DNA of 44,756 bases from Capsulimonadales bacterium (GTDB lineage Bacteria > Armatimonadota > Armatimonadia > Armatimonadales > Armatimonadaceae): positions 1-44,756 of the forward strand of contig JANRLW010000101.1 in the NCBI GenBank assembly GCA_033762295.1, written 5' to 3'. A model generated the notes under the pieces. That model was not told the origin of the DNA, did not search any database, and saw nothing but the letters and a program-made list of their open reading frames with translations. Below are positions 24,891 through 32,863 of this stretch, one piece after another; position 1 is the stretch's first letter, and each line of letters opens with the position of its first letter. Position numbers and translations under genes: made by a program.

Positions 24891-26645
24891 TCAGGTGCGG
24901 CGGACTTTGGCGAGGGCGGCCTGCGCCACATAGGCGGTATCCGGGTCGGGAGAGCCGGTCAGGGCCTGTAAAGCCTCCGCCGCGCGTCCGTCGCCGATCT
25001 CTCCCAGCGTGATGGCGGCCCAGCGGGCGGTCGGCTGCCCCGCTCGGGCAGCGGCGAGCAGGGGGTCCACGGCGACCCGGCCGATCCGGACGAGCGCCTG
25101 CGAGGCATAGTACGCCACCTTTTCATTCGCGTTGCCAATCAATCGCACCAGGGAGGGAATCGCCGGTTCGCCGATCCGTCCGAACGCCGTCACCGCGTTC
25201 TGCGCCACGGTGCCGTCCGCATCCGACAGGGCACGCACCAGCGGAGCCAGCGTGTTCTCGTTCACCTCGGCCAGAGGCGGCAAGACCGTCGGCGACTCCA
25301 GCCGGGCGATTCGTTCCCGGTAGGGCGTCCGTTTCGCCTGATCCTTCTCCGCCGCAATCTGCGCGTTCAGCAGGGCGATCGCGTTGGCCTTCGCGGCGGC
25401 GTTGGCGGGACGGGCCAGTTCGAGGAACGCGCCGCGGGTTTGCAGGGACTGGAGCGCCGGTTCCAGGGCCGCGGCATCGCCGCCCGCCGCCAGCGTTTGC
25501 AGATCGTCCCGCACCTGAACGGCGCGGGCGAGAATGTCCCCGATGGATTCGATCGCGCGGGCGCGAACGGCGGCATCCGCATCGCCGAACGCCCGGACCG
25601 CCAGAGTCGGGTCACTCATGCCGCCGGTCGCCTCGGCGGCACGGGCGCGCACCGCCGCCTCGGGGTGGGCGAGGAGCGCCGCGATATTGGCCGCCGCTTT
25701 GTCTCCGGCGCGGCGCAGACCTGCGGTCGCCGCGACCGCGACCGCGACGTCGAAATCGCTGATCGCCTTCTGCATCGCCGCGTTCGCTTCCGGGGTCGCG
25801 ATACCGCCGAGGGCGCCCGCCGCCGCCGCACGGGCGGAGGCATCCGCCGTCGGGTCCGACAGCGCTTTGATCAGCACCGGCGCGCCGACCGGCTGTGCGA
25901 TGTTCGCCAGGGCGGTCACCGCCGAACGGCGGACATTCGGGTTCGGATCGTCGCGGAACTGGAGGATCGGGGTCGCCGCCTCCGAAACCGTGAACTTGCC
26001 GAGAATCTCGATCAACTGCGTTTTGTACTCGTTGTCATCGGCTTTGAGCTTCGGCGGGTAGAGGTAGGGCGTGATCAGGGGAACCGTCTCCGGACCGATC
26101 GACGACAGCATATCGCCCATCGCCATTCGCAGGTCCTTGTCCTCCAGACGCTTCGCCATCTCCTCCTTCAACGGGCGGCCGATCTGCTTCAGCGCGTTCC
26201 GGGACTGGTCGCGGATATTCCCGTCCGGGTCCTTGGCGGCGGCGAAGAGCAGGTCCTGATACCCGAGACCGACCTTCGCGACCGCATCCTTCGCGGCGTC
26301 CCGCACCGGGTGTGTTTTGGCCTCGACCGATTCGGTGTCGGGGTCCTTCAGCATCTGCAGCAGTTCCTTGAACGCCTGCGGGTTCTTCCCGTCCTCGGCC
26401 AGCCGGGCCAGCGTCGCGATCGCCGCCAGACGCACATCTTTGCTTGCGCCGCCCTGAAGCGCGTCGAACAGGACGCCTCGCTGCATCAGGGAGCGGACGC
26501 CCTCCTCCTGCCGGGCCGGTTCCTTCGAAGCGACCTGCGCCAGCTGCGAACGGGTCTGTACCTGGTTCGCGACGAAATTGACCAGACCGTACACCACCAG
26601 GAGACCGAGACCGATGAGGATGAATTGACGGGCGTTGAACTTCAC
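24891..26645 (-). CDS. Membrane-anchored HEAT/PBS-lyase repeat protein
   Basis: N-terminal TM helix followed by many D....VR..A..AL..IG repeats. Confidence 0.85.
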   Translation of the reverse strand: MKFNARQFILIGLGLLVVYGLVNFVANQVQTRSQLAQVASKEPARQEEGVRSLMQRGVLFDALQGGASKDVRLAAIATLARLAEDGKNPQAFKELLQMLKDPDTESVEAKTHPVRDAAKDAVAKVGLGYQDLLFAAAKDPDGNIRDQSRNALKQIGRPLKEEMAKRLEDKDLRMAMGDMLSSIGPETVPLITPYLYPPKLKADDNEYKTQLIEILGKFTVSEAATPILQFRDDPNPNVRRSAVTALANIAQPVGAPVLIKALSDPTADASARAAAAGALGGIATPEANAAMQKAISDFDVAVAVAATAGLRRAGDKAAANIAALLAHPEAAVRARAAEATGGMSDPTLAVRAFGDADAAVRARAIESIGDILARAVQVRDDLQTLAAGGDAAALEPALQSLQTRGAFLELARPANAAAKANAIALLNAQIAAEKDQAKRTPYRERIARLESPTVLPPLAEVNENTLAPLVRALSDADGTVAQNAVTAFGRIGEPAIPSLVRLIGNANEKVAYYASQALVRIGRVAVDPLLAAARAGQPTARWAAITLGEIGDGRAAEALQALTGSPDPDTAYVAQAALAKVRRT

Positions 26646-26746
26646 GGGGATTCCGTTTCTCCTTTGAGACTAACCGTACTTTACCACGTCGTTCCCCGGG
26701 ATTCCTTCGGCCGAAAACCGGACTTCGGACGGTTGGCCGGACCTTC

Positions 26747-26774
26747 GCTCACGTTCCGTTCACACCCCGTTCAC
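26747..26774 (+). promoter_or_regulatory. Three G(C/T)TCAC direct repeats at 11-bp period (OmpR/PhoB-type site)
   Basis: GCTCAC at 26747, GTTCAC at 26758 and GTTCAC at 26769, in a divergent intergenic region. Confidence 0.5.
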
Positions 26775-26843
26775 GTCCGCTCGATACCCTCTCTTCGTTC
26801 GAACCTGCCATCCAACACGATCGAAAACGGAAAGGAAATACTT

Positions 26844-27311
26844 ATGTTTCGGAATTTCAGGGCGGTTTTTTTCGGTACGCTCGGTGTCGCTTCGCTTTTG
26901 CCGCTCCTCGGTTGCGGCGGCGGGGGCAACAAGAGCGCCCCTTCCCTGGTCTATCGCCTGGCCGAAGCGGATTCCCGCGCATTGCCGGCCACGATCTTCG
27001 ACGGTATGGTCCCGGAGGAGGAAAGGCCGGTCCGGTACCTCATTGAGACGACCGAAGGCACGCTTGAATTACTGCCGGACCAACGGTATCGACACGAGGT
27101 CCTCTGCCGCCGTTATCGTGAGGGGAGGCCGGACGGCCGTTACCGGCATTACGATTACGGCCGTTACAGCACGGACGGCGACAGGATGTCCTTCGTCTCC
27201 GAGTTCGTCCAAAACCGGGCGTTTCAAGCGACCCACTCGGGCACGAGCATCGTGGGTGAGCAGGATATTCTGGGTGAAGGTATCCGCAATCGCTTTACCT
27301 TTCGCCGATGA
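26844..27311 (+). CDS. Hypothetical lipoprotein (beta-barrel/lipocalin-like pattern)
   Basis: RBS AAAGGA, signal MFRNFRAVFFGTLGVASLLPLLG-C with lipobox, beta-strand pattern GTLELL...Y...DYGRYS, C-terminal FTFRR. Confidence 0.72.
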   Translation: MFRNFRAVFFGTLGVASLLPLLGCGGGGNKSAPSLVYRLAEADSRALPATIFDGMVPEEERPVRYLIETTEGTLELLPDQRYRHEVLCRRYREGRPDGRYRHYDYGRYSTDGDRMSFVSEFVQNRAFQATHSGTSIVGEQDILGEGIRNRFTFRR

Positions 27312-29244
27312 TTCTTCCCACTTTAAACAACAGGGCTCCGTGCGCCGGGACACGAACCGTCCATCCGTCCGTCCGGTCGCCGAGATCCTTCCCTTGCCAG
27401 AGGTCCCGCACGGGCTGCCGTCCGGACAACCCGATCACCTTCCACGGAATCGGGACCTCGATCCCTTCCATTCCCCGGTTGAACACCCCGACCGCTATCG
27501 TTCCGTCAAACAGCGGACGTGCCCAAATCTCCGTCTGCCCCTTTGTCGACTTTCGGGTGGCAGGTTTTCCGAGCGGGTCCTGATTGACCTCCAGAACGTC
27601 GTCGTTGGTAAGTAGCGCGCGGGTGAAATCGTCCAGTTGCGTCAGGTCGCATCCGATCAGCAACGGGGCGGCCAGCAGACTCCAGAGCGTGATATGGGTG
27701 ATCTGTTCGTTCGGCTTCAGCCGGGTAGGCCGCAGATTCGGTCCCCAGCCGAGTTTGCCGACAACCAGCATATCCGGGTCGTTCCAGTGCCCCGGACGGG
27801 CGAACGGGGCGAGGGCATCCTGCGAGAACCCGATGCCCGCCATGGAGGACCAGGTATCGGTGATATCCCCGGTCGTGCGCCAGCAGTTTCCGCCGACGAA
27901 CGGCCCCCACTCCCAGACATTGCTCATGCCGTACTGGCAGAGGCTGAAGACCATGTCACGCGGCGCATCCCGGAACGCCCGTTGCATCAGGCGATAAGGC
28001 CAGACATGACTACCGCGTTCGCCGGACGGCGCGATTCCGCCGTACGAGCACCAGTCGTACTTCAGGTAGTCTACTCCCCAGGCGGCGTAGGTCAGAGCGT
28101 CCTGCCGTTCATGTCCGAAACTGCCCTCATAACCGGCGCACGTTTTCGGGCCGGGCGAGGAGTAGATCCCCAGTTTCAGTCCCTTCCCGTGAGCGTAGTC
28201 GGCCAGCGCCTTCATGTCGCCGAACTTCTCATTGACCAGGATCGTGCCATCGGGAGCCCGTCCCGCCTCCCAGCCGTCGTCGATATTCACGTAGGCGAAT
28301 CCGTGATCGGCCAGTCCGGACCGCTCGAAGGCATCGATCGCCTGACGTACCCGTTCCGCCGTGACCGCGGTCCCCCAGACGTTCCAGGAGTTCCAGCCGA
28401 GGGGCGGCGTCAGAGCAATTCCCTGACCGGCGACGATTGTCAGACGGCGGGTCGCCGTTCCGCGCGGTCCGCGCGCGGTGATCTCGGTTCGGTACGTTCC
28501 CCTTTCCTTGACGCTGCCGGTCAGGATGCCGGTGTTCGGATCGAGCGAGACCCCGTCCGGCAGTCCGGTGGCGGAAAACCGCAGCGGTCTTTGGCCGGTC
28601 GTCGGGATGCGAAAGAGGAACGGTCGTCCGGGGGTGGTGCCGACCACGCGCGGGCCGTGGATTGCCGGTTCGGGCGGATCGGGAGCCATCCGGATCGGAA
28701 TCGACGGTTCGACCGGCAGGACGGCGGTTTCCGGGCGGGCGGCCGCGTCGGATGTCAGCGCGATCGCGGCGTCCGCCCAGTCCGCATGGTCGTAGTTAAT
28801 ACCGTCGCCGGCATCGGTAACGACGAGGCGTAGCCGTTTCGCGCCCGTCAGATCGACCTCGACGGACTTCGCCGGTTGCTTGCCTTTCATCGTTCCGGAA
28901 TCGAACGCCTTCTTTCCGTCCACCCAGACCTCGAACGTGACCGATCCCTGGCCATTTGTCTCGTCGTCCACTCCGACCATCGCCGAGAAACGAAGCGCAC
29001 CGCCTTTCAGATCGATCAGCCACTCGCTGGCGGCATGGGTTCCGATACCCTCGCCAAAGAGGCGCCCGCCGATGATCAGCGGATTGTTATCGACGCTTCG
29101 CCCTTTATGCGGTTCACCCCACTCCTGGGTGATCCCGTCAAGAGCCAGTTCCTGCATCGACAGGCGGGTTTGCCGGGCGGCGGCTACGGACGTCGGGAGC
29201 CACACGGACAGCAAAGCGACAAGAAAACGGTAAGCCGAACGCAT
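27295..29244 (-). CDS. Secreted GH27 alpha-galactosidase with NPCBM and Ig-like (He_PIG) domains
   Basis: NPCBM (GIGTHA, VGVDDE, GDGINYDHADWADA), Ig (GLPDGVSLD..TG), GH27 motifs TPPLGWNSWN, NIDDGW, WGVDYLKYDWC, WRTTGDI, WNDPDML. Confidence 0.93.
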   Translation of the reverse strand: MRSAYRFLVALLSVWLPTSVAAARQTRLSMQELALDGITQEWGEPHKGRSVDNNPLIIGGRLFGEGIGTHAASEWLIDLKGGALRFSAMVGVDDETNGQGSVTFEVWVDGKKAFDSGTMKGKQPAKSVEVDLTGAKRLRLVVTDAGDGINYDHADWADAAIALTSDAAARPETAVLPVEPSIPIRMAPDPPEPAIHGPRVVGTTPGRPFLFRIPTTGQRPLRFSATGLPDGVSLDPNTGILTGSVKERGTYRTEITARGPRGTATRRLTIVAGQGIALTPPLGWNSWNVWGTAVTAERVRQAIDAFERSGLADHGFAYVNIDDGWEAGRAPDGTILVNEKFGDMKALADYAHGKGLKLGIYSSPGPKTCAGYEGSFGHERQDALTYAAWGVDYLKYDWCSYGGIAPSGERGSHVWPYRLMQRAFRDAPRDMVFSLCQYGMSNVWEWGPFVGGNCWRTTGDITDTWSSMAGIGFSQDALAPFARPGHWNDPDMLVVGKLGWGPNLRPTRLKPNEQITHITLWSLLAAPLLIGCDLTQLDDFTRALLTNDDVLEVNQDPLGKPATRKSTKGQTEIWARPLFDGTIAVGVFNRGMEGIEVPIPWKVIGLSGRQPVRDLWQGKDLGDRTDGWTVRVPAHGALLFKVGRIIGER

Positions 29245-29342
29245 ACCGGTCGTTTCCCGTCTCCCGGTCGAAAACCCTCCCCGATGAAAACTTTCGACAT
29301 CCTGCCCGAATAAACCGTTCGAGTGCGTATCTTACAGGAGTG

Positions 29343-29903
29343 ATGGTTCCCACGAAGACGATGGTCCTCCCCTTCCTTGCACGCCCGGATATGACCTTTG
29401 AAAGGATCTGGGCGCAGGAGCGTCCGCGCATCCGGCGGTTGACGGCGCGGCTTTCAGGAAACCTGGACCTCGCCGATGATCTGACGCAGGAAGTGGGCAT
29501 ACGTGCCCTCGCGGCCTACCCGAACTTCCGTCGGCAATCATCGGAATCGACCTGGTTGTATCGGATTGCGGTGAATGTGGTGCTTCGCTGGCGGGAACAG
29601 CAGGGCGCAGACAACATCCATGGCGTTTCCGGAGAAAAGACCCTCGCCGTCTTACCCTCTGCCTTGCCGACACCGGAGCATGCGACAATGCGGAGTGAAC
29701 AGATGCAGGCGATGTACCGCGCGCTGGACGAACTGCCGGAGGATTTGCGGACCCCGCTCCTGCTTCATGTCTGGGAGGGTATGAAGTACCGCGAGATTGC
29801 TGTCATTCTTGGGATTCCGAGCGGCACGGTGATGTCGCGTCTGCATTCGGCCCGGCAGCGCTTGCGCCTCGCCTTGAAGGATTGGGAAGATGAATCGATC
29901 TGA
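29343..29903 (+). CDS. ECF RNA polymerase sigma-70 factor
   Basis: ADDLTQEV, TWLYRIAVN, ALDELP, GMKYREIAVILGIPSGTVMSRLHSAR. Start uncertain (29340-29391). Confidence 0.92.
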   Translation: MVPTKTMVLPFLARPDMTFERIWAQERPRIRRLTARLSGNLDLADDLTQEVGIRALAAYPNFRRQSSESTWLYRIAVNVVLRWREQQGADNIHGVSGEKTLAVLPSALPTPEHATMRSEQMQAMYRALDELPEDLRTPLLLHVWEGMKYREIAVILGIPSGTVMSRLHSARQRLRLALKDWEDESI

Positions 29904-30483
29904 TTGCGAACGAATCGAGCCGTTGTTGCTGCCCTGGGACGAAGGCGATCTTTCGTGGTGGTCCGCCGTTCGGGTACGGCACCATGTGTCCGGATGCGCC
30001 GCCTGTCGGGAAGAGTTGGAAGCGTTGCGTGCAACGGACGGTTTGCTCGTCGCTCTGACCCCCTTCGGCCCCGAGACGCCCCGGAGACGGACGTCACCCT
30101 CGTTGCGCCTGCTGGCTTTCCCGGTTGTCGCCGTTTTGATCGTACTCTTGTTCCGGACCGAATTGGGTTCGCGTCGTCCCCCTGTCCGGATAGCGCACGT
30201 TAAGCCAGCCGCTCCCATCGCAGTGCCGGCGCGGACGGTTCGCGCTGCCGCCCGGGCCATTCCGAAAATCCGACGAACGGTGGTGAGAGCGAGCACCGTT
30301 CGTCCCAGGCCCGCTCGGCGTCCGCATCGACGATTGATGGCGCATAGCCGTCCCCGCCCGAAACGGTCGACAACGCGTCCGAAATCCGTTTTTCAGGAGG
30401 TTCTGATTCTGGTCGCCGTCGCTCCGGAACCGGAATCGCTCTATATCGAAGCGCATCCCCCCACGGAAGGAACCCCGTTATGA
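29890..30483 (+). CDS. Zinc-binding (zf-HC2/ZAS) transmembrane anti-sigma factor
   Basis: C..I..LL...GDL......VRHHVSGCAAC (HxxxCxxC), one TM helix, then an Arg/Pro-rich extracytoplasmic tail. Overlaps the ECF gene. Confidence 0.82.
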   Translation: MNRSDCERIEPLLLPWDEGDLSWWSAVRVRHHVSGCAACREELEALRATDGLLVALTPFGPETPRRRTSPSLRLLAFPVVAVLIVLLFRTELGSRRPPVRIAHVKPAAPIAVPARTVRAAARAIPKIRRTVVRASTVRPRPARRPHRRLMAHSRPRPKRSTTRPKSVFQEVLILVAVAPEPESLYIEAHPPTEGTPL

Positions 30484-31331
30484 AACAGACGAACATTCTC
30501 GCAGGAATTTCTCTCCTCGTGCTCCTGCTTCCCTCTATGGCTCATTCACAGAGTAAGGCACCGGCGTCGGTCACCGGCACGGCTTCGGGTCCGATGACGA
30601 TGGCCGCACTGCAAAACGCCCGAATCCGGTCGGTCGAACTCAACGGAGTCGATTCAACGACGGCGCTGACCCGCTTGATGGCAACGGTGCGCGTGGGTTA
30701 CGATTTCGCTCCGGAGTTCTACCGAAGTGTCTATGTGGGCGGGGGCCAGGGCGTACTTCCAAAAGCCAGCTTGAACCTGCCCCAGCGTACGATCACGATG
30801 CGTCTCGAGAACGTCCGTGTTACGAAAGCCCTGGACAGTCTGACCAAAGCGATCGGCATCCGCTGGGTCGCCGAATCCGATGACGACGGCGTCATCATTC
30901 ACTTCCTGCCGTTACCGACGACGAACCGCGAATTACCGATCCAGGTGGGTAGTGAGGGCGGTGGTGGACTGGGTGGTGGCTTCGGTGGCGGAGGCTTCGG
31001 TGGCGGAGGTTTCTCCGGAGGTTTTAACCGATCGATCGGCCAACCGACGGCGCGGGTCAAATTGGATGTTCGGGATACTCCGGTTCGAACCGCTTTGAAA
31101 ACGCTGTTCGATCAGCAGAAGCCGGAAACCGGAAACTCTCTTTCGTTCGCCGTCGATGAGGATGTCGCTCCTGACCTGAAGGTTTCTCTGATGTTCGAAA
31201 ACGCTCATCTCACCACGGCACTCGATGTGCTCTGTCAGACAGCGGGCCTCGGATGGCGGACCGAAGGAACACCCAACGGCCTCCTCATACGTGTCAGCAA
31301 ACGGTATGCGGAACCCGACGCCAGCCCGTAA
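30480..31331 (+). CDS. Secreted protein with two STN/secretin-N-like domains and a GGGF-rich linker
   Basis: Signal peptide (AHS-Q), repeats ITMRLENVRVTKALDSL...GIRW and VSLMFENAHLTTALDVL...GLGW. ATGA overlap with the anti-sigma gene. Confidence 0.72.
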   Translation: MKQTNILAGISLLVLLLPSMAHSQSKAPASVTGTASGPMTMAALQNARIRSVELNGVDSTTALTRLMATVRVGYDFAPEFYRSVYVGGGQGVLPKASLNLPQRTITMRLENVRVTKALDSLTKAIGIRWVAESDDDGVIIHFLPLPTTNRELPIQVGSEGGGGLGGGFGGGGFGGGGFSGGFNRSIGQPTARVKLDVRDTPVRTALKTLFDQQKPETGNSLSFAVDEDVAPDLKVSLMFENAHLTTALDVLCQTAGLGWRTEGTPNGLLIRVSKRYAEPDASP

Positions 31332-31382
31332 GAAAGGAAGTCTTGTCGGGTCGGACGAACTTTATTGCGGAGACAATAAGGT

Positions 31383-32699
31383 ATGCTTTCCCGGCAAGGA
31401 TTTCTCTTTGTTCTTACCCTCGCTCTGCTCGGAATCGTCGTTCCGGCGTTTGCCGACTCCTTCACCAATCTGGTCGATACGTCGATGCTTGCGCCGGGCG
31501 GCGGCACGTTTTCAAGTTTCGCCGTCTATCCGCGAATCAACGGCCATCGCGTTCTGATTCAGGCGACGACCGCCGGTGGTCCGTCGACCGCTCTCTACCT
31601 TCATGATGGCATGGGCCTGTCACGAATCGCCGCCGCCGGCGAGACTGCTCCGGGCGCGAACACGACCTTCGCCGGAATCGACCTCGGCTCGATCGCGTCG
31701 AACGGCGACGTCGCTTTCCGGGCCAGTTTCTCGCAGGCCGGTTTCAGTCGTACCGGCGTCTGGGTCCGCGACGGCGGCGGCCTTCGGCTTGTCGCCCGCT
31801 ACAATCAATTGATCCCGAACACGACGGCGCGATTCGACGGTTTCAGTGTGCCACGGATCACCGAGAGCGGAACGGTCTATTTCGGAGCTTCCGCACAAAC
31901 GGACGGTACGCAGACCGGACTGTTCCGAAGTGACAACGGGTCCGTGGAACGTATCGTACGCGCCGGCCAGGCCGCGCCCGGCGGCGGCGCTTTCTCGTTT
32001 TCGGGATTTTCCGCGCCGTCCGTTCAGGCGAACGCCAGCGGGCAGATCGCCTTTCATACCTCCTTCCAATCCGGCGCGTCGAACCAGGCGGTTTATGTCG
32101 GTACGCCGGGGTCGCTGGCGCGGGTCGCGGGAACCGGGGATGCGGCTCCGGGCGGCGGGACGTTCAACCTGCCGCTTTCGGTCGGGATCGCTTCGGACGG
32201 CACGACGTTGATCTGGGATAATCCGACCGGCGGCAGCGGTTCGACGCTCTTTACCGCGAAGGACGGTATCCTGACACGGATTATCGGCGGGGGCGACCTG
32301 GCGCCGGGTGGCGGGACGCTGAGCGGCATTCTCCCGCCCACAATCAGCGACTCCGGCAACCTCGCCTTTTTCGGGTTTTCGTCGACCGGCGGCCAGAGCC
32401 TTTACGCCCGAGACGCGCGCGGACTGCGCCGGGTAATCGCTCTCGGAGAGGCGCTGTTCGGTTCGACCGTCACCTCGCTCTCGGTCCCCGTGGGTCCGAT
32501 CACCGTTAACAGCTCTCCTTCGATCAACGACGCGGGAGTGGTTTCCTTTTATTACGAACTGGCGGACGGACGCAAGGGGATTGCGCTTGGAACGGTCTCC
32601 GCGCCGGAGCCCGGCAGCCTTCCGTTTCTCTGCCTCCCGGCGCTGATTCTCGTTCTGCCAGCGGCGCGACGACTGGTAAAACTTCGTTATTTGCTGTAA
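31383..32699 (+). CDS. PEP-CTERM surface protein with NxxGxxAF-type tandem repeats
   Basis: Signal peptide, repeats with G..APGGG.F and SNGDVAF / NASGQIAF / DSGNLAF / NDAGVVSF, C-terminal APEPGS + hydrophobic helix + RR. Confidence 0.85.
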   Translation: MLSRQGFLFVLTLALLGIVVPAFADSFTNLVDTSMLAPGGGTFSSFAVYPRINGHRVLIQATTAGGPSTALYLHDGMGLSRIAAAGETAPGANTTFAGIDLGSIASNGDVAFRASFSQAGFSRTGVWVRDGGGLRLVARYNQLIPNTTARFDGFSVPRITESGTVYFGASAQTDGTQTGLFRSDNGSVERIVRAGQAAPGGGAFSFSGFSAPSVQANASGQIAFHTSFQSGASNQAVYVGTPGSLARVAGTGDAAPGGGTFNLPLSVGIASDGTTLIWDNPTGGSGSTLFTAKDGILTRIIGGGDLAPGGGTLSGILPPTISDSGNLAFFGFSSTGGQSLYARDARGLRRVIALGEALFGSTVTSLSVPVGPITVNSSPSINDAGVVSFYYELADGRKGIALGTVSAPEPGSLPFLCLPALILVLPAARRLVKLRYLL

Positions 32700-32863
32700 A
32701 ATACTGATAGCACTTTTCGAAACGGCGGGTCGCCGAACCGTGCGGTGTCGCACGCTGGCCCCGCCGTTTTCCGTGTGTTCCCGTGCGCGGCGAGTCTCCC
32801 GGTTTGACGCTGGTTTCCGAGAACTCCCCGCTCCCCGGAGTGCCACGGCAGGAGCAACTATTG

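Noticed and set aside
25440..26843. N-terminal 468 codons of the 623-aa ORF 25440-27311
   Set aside because: Mostly antisense to the HEAT-repeat gene. The real gene starts at 26844 with an RBS and lipoprotein signal.
29285..29335. ECF autoregulatory promoter (GAAAAC...CGAA or GAATAA...CGTA)
   Set aside because: Two competing weak matches with uncertain spacing. Cannot choose without an alignment.
30955..31025. GGTGGC-rich DNA repeat
   Set aside because: Explained by the Gly/Phe linker codons of the STN-like protein.
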